Notes under the pieces: model-generated
The model's input: only the letters and a program-made list of their open reading frames with translations
Databases searched by the model: none
Told to the model about the DNA's origin: nothing
Shown here: in pieces, positions 10,494-17,778 of the stretch
Position numbering within the stretch: position 1 is the stretch's first letter
Layout: every line of letters starts with the position of its first letter
Program-made: the position numbers and the translations under genes
Assembly (NCBI GenBank): GCA_965644295.1
Contig: CBFFRP010000045.1
Coordinates: 1 to 17,778, forward strand
DNA: 17,778 bases
Direction of reading: 5' to 3'
Source: Paraphysomonas bandaiensis
Taxonomy: Eukaryota; Protista; Chrysophyceae

Positions 10494-13400
10494 TTAACCT
10501 CTTCGGGGTCGCTTCTTCTGCTGCTCCTCAACTCTGGTTGACACACTTCTCTTAACCCCGGTAATAGTTTTCTCATGACGACTGAAAAGTTTCGTTGACA
10601 ATGCCTTCGTGAAAATATCAGCCGCCATATCATCCGTCGACACATGAATCAACTTTGCCGTAGGAAATTTTCCATTTACATGCTCTCTCACCCAGTGATA
10701 CTTGATGTCTATATGCTTCGACCTCTTATGATACACAGGATTCTCGGAGAGATCTTTCGCACTCTTGCTATCCATAAAGAATGGAGTCGGCTTCGCAACT
10801 AAGAGCCCGAGCTCCTTGAACACCCCCGAAGCCACACCAGTTCTTGCATAGCCGCATACTCCGCCATATATTCAGATTCCATGCTCGAAGTTGCAACTGT
10901 GGTCTGTAGTTTAGACTGCCAGGCCAATGCGCCTGCACATAAGAACACAATGTATCCTGTTGTCGATCGCCGAGTCAGTCTATCACCAGCCCAATCTGAA
11001 TCACTGAACACATGTAAGTCGAACTCACTCCCACTGAATCTGATGCCCTCATCAATTGTTCCACGCAAATATTTCAATAAGTGAATCGCCAGTTTGCACG
11101 ATGCATATGTCGGACAACTACTAAATCGAGACAATAACCCCACTGCATAAGCCAGATCAGGTCTAGTATGCATTGCTAGATACAACACTGCTCCAATAAT
11201 TTGCCGATACGGAAATGAGTCAACCCACTGCTTCTGCTCCTCCGTAAGTTCACGTTCCTCTGCCAACAGATCCTGAACATTAGTAGGTAGTGGGGCCTCC
11301 TTATTCTTACTACTCTTTCCCATAACTGAGCTGAATTTCTTGATAATATTCTTAGCATACTCAGATTGATCTAACATATACCAATTTTCTCCTCTGGTTA
11401 TCCTGATGTTCAGAAATCGCTTACACACTCCCAGATCATGCATCTCGAATGTTTCACAGAACCTACGCTTTACGCTTTCCAAGTAAGTCAGATCAGCGGA
11501 TGCAATTATGATATCATCAACATATATCAATAATAAATGCAGTTTTCCGTTACTCCATCGCATATACAAACACGTATCCAAAATACACGGAGTAAAATGC
11601 AATGATTTAATAAACTTGTCAATATGTTTATTCCACTGTCGCGGTGAAGATCGCAGTCCATACAATGCCTTGATTAGTTGAAAACACCATCCAGCTAGTA
11701 ATTCCTCATCTGGTGGAGGTGCCATATACACGTCATCCTCCAGATCTGCATAGCAAAATGCGGATGATACATCTAATTGATGCACATGCATCTGTAACAT
11801 AAACGCAATCGCTAACACTAGTCTAATGGTTATACCCTTAACCACTGGAGCGAAAGTGGACGGCTCCTCCTCCTTCTTCTCTTGGAGATTTCCTAATGCC
11901 ACTAGCCGAGCCTTGTACTTTACTATATTCCCTAGTATGTCTCGCTTCACCGTATGCACATATTTCGCTCTAACTAATTTCACTCCGCTTGGAATTTTCA
12001 CGATCTTCAAGACACGTCTTTTCAGCAATGATGTCTTCTCCACCATTCGAGCTTTTCTCCATTGTTGATACTGTGGAGATCTCTCTGCCTCGGCATATGA
12101 ATTTGGTATCTTGATATCTTCTGTCTCTGCATGGTTAAGATCAATATTATGCGCATCCGGTACTTCAACCATATTAATCTCTCCTAAAACTGACGCGTTT
12201 GCCAGTCTCCGCTGCAGCCGTTTGCGTCGGACCCGACCATCACCATCTAGTTCAATCGGTCGACGAGGTATATAAGAACCCGTACCTTGCTCATCCTGAG
12301 CACGCACATCGTGCGTTGTGGGAGGAGCCCCGCTCACAACCCCAGACTCATAGTCTTCAGAGGTCTGCAACCTCACAGCTGTCTCCTGACAGGTTGGGTC
12401 AGGACTCTCCTGTAACCCTCCAGGTCTTCCCTGGTCCAGCACCCTGGCTGGCATAGTACTCAGGGCGTCCCCCTTTCCTATATATCCGGTATTCCCGGGA
12501 GTTTCTGCAGTCATTCGCACTACGTCCTCGACGTGAATCGGCACCCGGTGCTCGATATGCTTCCGACCTGCAGTTACCAGAGATCGATAGGCTACTATTA
12601 CCCCCTTTCGTTCTACTACTCTCGTGGTCTTGTAGAGAAGACCATCCTCATCATCAATATGATATGTACCTTCTAAGCCCGCATAGTCAGACACAATTTT
12701 CGGTCTCTCGGCCTCCTTCACTCGAAGAGCATCTATCTCAGCGAAATAGCTCTCCGAGCGTGACGGTATGGACTCATCAGTTAATACATGTACCGACGTG
12801 ACGACCCTATCAGTCGCAGGTAGATATACATCATATCCTACCTTTTCATCTGAATATCCTATCAGATATCCGATAAGGGCCTTGTCGTCCCAGTCTTTCC
12901 GTCGATCCGCCTTTGTAGTGAGGACATACGCACGACACCCCCATACTCTGAGATATTTCAGGTTGGGAGCCTCACCAGTCAAAAATTCAAGAGGGGACAT
13001 ATACCCCTTCGCTGTCTTTGTAGGCAATCGAATTAATATGTACCTGGCTGCCATGTAGGCATCTAGCCAAAACTGTGAAGGCAATCCTGACTGAATCAGC
13101 ATCGCTAATGTCATCTCACCACAGGTCCTGAATTTCCGCTCCTCAATCGCGTTCATCTCAGGAGAGTCCGTAGAGCTCCACGTATGTTGATAGCAACCCT
13201 GTGACCTAAGATATTGTCGCAGCTCATCACATATTAGCTCCCCTGCTCCATCTGCATGGTAATGATGCATTTCTAATTTGTACCTTTTCACATCTCCTTC
13301 AAAAATCTTCTTGAAAACCTGCAGTACCGATGACCCAGTCCTATGAACAAGCCCTTCCGACCAGAACATCCGACTGGCATGGTGTGTTAGTTTGAGCACA

Positions 13401-14899
13401 TATATTTCCCCTCCTCGAGCTGGACAATTTAAGTATACTGCTATATCGGCCGAGAAATTTGGACGAACGGAGTCCTCATCCTTTGTCCGAAAACTTACTC
13501 TGGTGATCTTCGCCCTGGCGCATACATCACATAGACACTGTTCTTTGGAAACACGTTTCGAGAGATGTTTTCGTTTCAGTCCAGTCCCAATAATTAGCAT
13601 TCTTTTGTGGGCTTCTACCAACGCATGCTTGTTAAAATGACCCGCTCTCCTATGTAACAGCTCCAGTTCATCCTCACCCGTACGGTCACTGAGATTTACT
13701 TCTGAATCACTGGATGTCGATACGTCTGGAAGCTCCAATAACTGCTGTGTTGGCACAGCAGTCATTCCATTCTTCATAGGTCCCTCCAACACCAGCTCAT
13801 CCGTATTTCTGTCATATATCTGTATACCATACCATACAGTAAATCGATATCCCATATCGTTCAACTTCCGTCCAGAACAAAGACACCGATTTATCTGACT
13901 TGATACCTCAATGTTCTTCCATGCTCCACGGGAACCTACACTCGTGACGCATATCTCTGACCCTTTTTTCGAACCATTAATAACCTTTGATGTGTGCATA
14001 TGACTATCAAGTATATTCACATCATTTATCAAAAACATTGATGACGAACAACAGGTATCAATGTATGTATAGTGAATATCCTCATGCACACTACTGCATA
14101 TATTCGTCTCATACACATTACATGACAAATGATACTCTTCCTGTTGCTCGATCATATTTGCTTCGTCTTCGTCAGACAAATCCGCTGGCTCTCCACGCCT
14201 GATGTTTTCAACTGTAAGTAGTCTTTTGTCTGGTTTCCTTCCATCTTGAAACCTCACAGCCTTGCTCTTGCTTTGCGAGTACTTCTTTTTCGATGCTGGA
14301 CAATCGATGGCAAGATGTTCCTTTGACTTACAATTTCTGCACCCAGTATATTCGGCACTTCCAGGTCGCTGCCCTGTAATCTCTGTATCCTTCTTCATCG
14401 GCTTCTTCTTACCGTTGTTCTTCTTACGATGATCCCTCTCTCTGCGATATCGTTTCTTACTGTCTATCAGGTTCAGCTCCTCCACTCTTTTACGCTTCTT
14501 CTCCAACGCTTCCTTCCCAGCCATAGTATCATCATAGCCTTCTATCTTACGTGATACAGTTACATAATTAACATCATCATCCATCAAGTATAATCCAACT
14601 CTCAGTTGAGCATACTCTTCATTGAGCAAGCCTTCTCGTAGTCGACTTGTTTTTGATACCTCCGAGATATCCTGCTGCTGCTCCTGTAGTTCCTTCAGCA
14701 GTAGTTCGAACCGTAGTACGTAGTCCTTCGCCGTCTCCTCCGGACGCATACGGAAAGAACCATATTGAGTTAAGAGGTCACTGATCCTATTTTGCTTCCC
14801 TCCAGCAAAACACTTCTTCAACTCATCAATCATTACATGTGTTTTGAACCTGTTTACACCACTCCCTTCTGCCTTGAAATTCAGTTTTCTCAATATCAT
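10494..14899 (-). pseudogene. gag-pol: copia gag-pol polyprotein, N-terminally truncated, 1 bp frameshift in RNase H at 10823-10827
   Basis: Gag helix region (DYVLRFELLLKEL), CCHC knuckle CRNCKSKEHLAIDC, protease-like YIDTCCS, LHRRAGH..CDVC, HADGAGE/NAIEER, WGCRAY, KARLVALG, YVDD, FSDSDWAGD. Adding one G gives WLRGVFKELG and joins ORF 10494..10835 (KHIDIKYHWVRE, ADIFTKAL). Confidence 0.93.
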
Positions 14900-14994
14900 A
14901 ACAGCATCTACACATCACCATACTTCACTGTATTCTCGTACATTGTCTTCAAGTACCACATTGAATATACTAGGATACAGTCCATATTCTAATA
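14880..14994 (-). repeat. truncated 5' LTR of element 2 (first 115 bp only)
   Basis: 115/115 identical to 10206-10320, then runs directly into gag coding sequence. Confidence 0.92.
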
Positions 14995-14999
14995 TGCTT
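14995..14999. repeat. right target-site duplication TGCTT of copia element 2
   Basis: Matches 10023-10027. Confidence 0.9.
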
Positions 15000-15031
15000 C
15001 AAGGAACTTATTTCGGTAGCTGGAATGGATA
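15000..15031 (+). pseudogene. continuation of the BED-finger transposase remnant
   Basis: Removing element 2 and one TSD gives in-frame KVSPA-SRNLFR*LEWI; the TAG at 15017-15019 is one substitution from TGG (W). Confidence 0.6.
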
Positions 15032-15408
15032 AATTATCAGTACGATATATATATCTCATAGTTGTATGTTGTATATTGTATATATATTTAATTAAGAGAA
15101 GTAGTACACATGTATAGAATACTGTAGAGCATGCTATACATAAAAGCAGAAAACAACATCAAAAATAGACTAGGTCATTTTTTCCGGATATATTGAACTT
15201 GTGTTGAGTTTTGCATTATGATGCAATATATTATATTGTGTGAGTTAATAGTGTGCAATAGGTGATATCAACTAACAGGTGTAACGGGTGAATAGAGTTT
15301 CAAAGGGAAGTAAGCTCAGTTACTCATTTACCAAGGCTACGTATATGAAAGTCTTATTATATTAGCAATAGGCTTCAAAAATCAGCACCAGCTTAGTAGC
15401 TAGATAAA

Positions 15409-16169
15409 TTAGTCAGGGGGGCGTCCCTTGGGGTAGGGCTGTGCAGGACTTTGGGGATGCACAAGATTCTGGATTGGAGAGTCGAGTGTTCCCAGCATGA
15501 GGTACATGGGCGAGGGGGTGGATTGGGGCTCTGACGTGCCTGGTGATGGCACGATTTAGACCTGGGGCAGAGGAATAGCTTGCAGAGGCGGCGCCGTGGC
15601 GTTTCTACCTGTGCAAGGGTTGTGGGGGAGGTATATGTTTGGGGTGAGAGACTTAGTGCAGGTCTTATCGTTACACCCTGTAAGCAAGAACCTGTAGTTT
15701 CTGTCGTTTGTTGCTATGTTTCTGACGTGCTCTGGGGGGAGGGTCTATGTGACCCTTTGGGTGTGGTAATGTAGCAGCGGCTGCGGTCTTGAATCATTTG
15801 TTTGGATATAGTGTAAAGCGGCTGGAGAACATTTACAACTGCTATTTCGAGAGTTTAAATTACCATAGTATTCCGCGCCAAACACATTCTCCCTCTGGGC
15901 CTCAGTAATAGTTCCCGTCCAAAATCGCTCGACCTGCCGTATTGAAAGGTTCCAGGCTCTACTGGAGAGCCTCTTAAGAGTAACGGCACTCCATTTTGGG
16001 TGGGTTGGGTCTCGTTGTAATTCCCGGAGTCTCTCCTTGTATCTCTGAAAGGCGGATTCTCGTATCTTGGGATGAAGTCGTGTGGACAATCGAGACACAT
16101 GTGTTCGAGAGAGTTAAGTCGAAAACCACAAACGGAGCATGTTACTTTGTTCAGGTCTCGAGGCCATGT
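15409..16169 (-). mobile_element. degenerate 3' fragment of a non-LTR retrotransposon (LINE-like ORF2 C-terminus)
   Basis: CSVCGFRLNSLEHMCLDC (16086-16139) fits the CX2CX8HX4C finger found after RT in LINE ORF2; frameshift near 16070 into KIRESAFQRY..ERFWTGT; later LEIAVVNVLQPLYTISKQMIQDR and a Pro-rich tail ending GRPPD* at 15409. GC-rich island in AT-rich flanks. Confidence 0.6.
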
Positions 16170-16401
16170 TTGATATATATATGTCAGAAAGTAGTAAAAA
16201 GTATTATAAATAATATTCTTCACACCAATATTAATATTATCTTCATAGATAGTTATTGTGCATATTAATACCCTTTTCCGACCAGCATCAAAACTTTCAC
16301 CAGGATTCGGTATCATCTCGACTTCTAGCTAGTCGTTTTATTTACAGAATGATGACTGCTCTAGAAGTATAGTTATTGAGTATATTGTGCTATTTAGAAA
16401 C

Positions 16402-16697
16402 CAGGGCTGCGTATCAATTAAGTGTCAATAATAATTATTGAAATTGCATTAATTGAACAAAATACCATCTTTTTTTACTAAAATGTTGTTAACATGTTAT
16501 GACAGATTAGCGGGATTTATGATTCCTCGTCGTTTAGAAATACTTATGTTTTTCACATGAATCGTCGCCTTTGGAAGGAAATGACAGTTGAGGTAGCTAT
16601 ATATTGGCAGCTAATGTAGTTTAGTATTAAATAATTGGAATTATAATTGACTACAACCTGAGTCAACTAATTGACAATTAATTGATAAGCATCCCTA
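16402..16697. mobile_element. non-autonomous hAT-like MITE, copy 2
   Basis: TIRs CAGGGCTGCGTATCAATTAA / TTAATTGATAAGCATCCCTA (17/20); internal similarity to 3929..4253 in the same orientation; no TSD visible. Confidence 0.75.
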
Positions 16698-16792
16698 TCA
16701 TTTATTGATGTGTGACTATTATATACATTGTAAGATATATAAGTTATAGAACTGGTGAACATATGGTAACTGTTGCTGAGAACAAATGCTCA

Positions 16793-17185
16793 TCAGATGT
16801 TACATGTATATATATGTTGTTGTGAAGTAGTGTTGATATATATAGTCAGCGGATAACGTTCTGCCCACGCATAGCCTAATGCTTGTGTGTGGAACAAGGG
16901 ACACGAATTAGTTTCCCTTGTGTAGACGTCTTTGAGCCCAGACGAATAAACAGAATCCGGGAATGGGCCCACCTCAATTACATCCGGGGCATTGGGCTGC
17001 CTGCTGAAGTCAAGCATCTGCATCTAACGCGTGATATATAAAAAAAAACATGGCATATTGCATACTGTGGGAATGAATTCCAACTGTACCAGTGTACCGA
17101 GTTTTTTACATATAAAATCTCTGATTTTTTTTGACTGGGATACAGTAGACCTGCTAAAATCTGGAGCACCAATCCTATATTTCGT
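16793..17185 (-). other. unidentified gene-like fragment, possibly a pseudogene
   Basis: KYRIGAPDFSRS..KIRDFICKKLGTL can be spliced (GT 17089..AG 17024, 66 nt) in frame to MQMLDFSRQPNAPDVIEVGPFPDSVYSSGLKDVY; two stops lie just upstream in that frame; no family recognised. Confidence 0.3.
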
Positions 17186-17484
17186 CTATTTTCAGGCCTG
17201 TCTGAACGGTAAACTGTCACTTTTTTTTGAAGCGCTGCTCGTGAGGATAAAATTATGATTTGAAACGGAACTGAGTGCATACGTATAGCAATAGCGGCGG
17301 CATGATACACGATGATGGCCTACAGCAGATCAGCTGCAATATTGTAACAACAGCATCGCCTAATCTGCATCACTAGTTTAGACTACTAAGTGACGGTAGT
17401 GACAGATGTATTAAAACACCCGTGTTATATATTGCATAAGAAGTGTGAGTTGTGTAATGCAGTAGTTGATTGAGATTAAGAATC

Positions 17485-17778
17485 ATGATTATGTATTCGT
17501 TATGTATAGTTTCCCTATTAATACACCAGGCACTTGCAGCTTGTCCTAATTTTTGCAGTGGGCATGGCAATTGTGGAGCAAACAATGTGTGTTCGTGCTT
17601 TAGTGGCTGGGATGGAGGCGCAGCTGATTGCTCATTAAGTGAGTGATATCTGTTTGTGTTGAGCACTTTTTATCTCTACATGCTAATCCGTGTTTTACAG
17701 AGTCGTGCCCGTATGGTGTTGCATGGGCTGACAAAGCGTATGCCCTGGATTCTGCCCATCAGCAGGCAGAGTGTTCAA
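17485..17778 (+). CDS. secreted Cys-rich EGF-like repeat protein (tenascin-type EGF; stramenopile mastigoneme/Sig1-like), 3'-partial; exons 17485-17638, 17701->end
   Basis: MIMYSLCIVSLLIHQALA (signal-peptide-like) + ACPNFCSGHGNCGANNVCSCFSGWDGGAADCSL, 62 nt GTGAGT..GCTAAT..TTTTACAG intron, then KSCPYGVAWADKAYALDSAHQQAECS. Missing from the supplied ORF track because the exons are short. Confidence 0.9.

Larger units (their letters stand above)
10028..14994 (-). mobile_element. Ty1/copia LTR retrotransposon, element 2 (4967 bp, internally deleted at the 5' LTR/PBS/gag start)
   Basis: gag-PR-IN-RT-RH ORF, PPT, identical 115 bp LTR segments at both ends, 5 bp TSD TGCTT. Confidence 0.96.

Noticed and set aside
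14792-15032. Small + strand ORFs over the 5' LTR, and other short ORFs inside both copia pol regions
   Set aside because: Alternate-frame or antisense ORFs with no recognisable motifs.
15322-15339. TTACCAAGGCTA as the right TIR matching CAGGGCCTGGTAA at 9306
   Set aside because: Only a partial, gapped match, with no CCATTAATGG subterminal repeats and no 8 bp TSD.
16170-16316. N-terminal part of ORF 15855..16316 as coding
   Set aside because: AT-rich, Ile/Tyr/Asn-biased flank fortuitously in frame with the LINE-like fragment.

Overview
Eukaryotic genomic DNA, most likely from a flagellated stramenopile (short GT-AG introns, a NEK1-like kinase, a mastigoneme/tenascin-type EGF protein). Left to right: (1) the 3' part of a Ty1/copia LTR retrotransposon on + (integrase-RT-RNase H, one frameshift, PPT, 3' LTR); (2) a ~325 bp hAT-like MITE; (3) an intact 5-exon NIMA/NEK1-like kinase gene (5876..8987, 956 aa by my splice model); (4) a decayed hAT-like DNA transposon whose BED-finger ORF is split by (5) a second, recently inserted copia element on - (10028..14994, TSD TGCTT, 5' LTR/PBS partly deleted); (6) a degenerate 3' fragment of a non-LTR retrotransposon; (7) a second copy of the MITE; (8) an unidentified gene-like fragment on -; (9) the start of a secreted EGF-repeat gene. 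The most unusual signal is shared by the two otherwise divergent copia elements: an extra ~60 aa conserved module after the integrase, and non-canonical LTR starts (TATTAG instead of TG) behind a near-identical PPT. All family assignments come from motif reading by eye; no searches were run.
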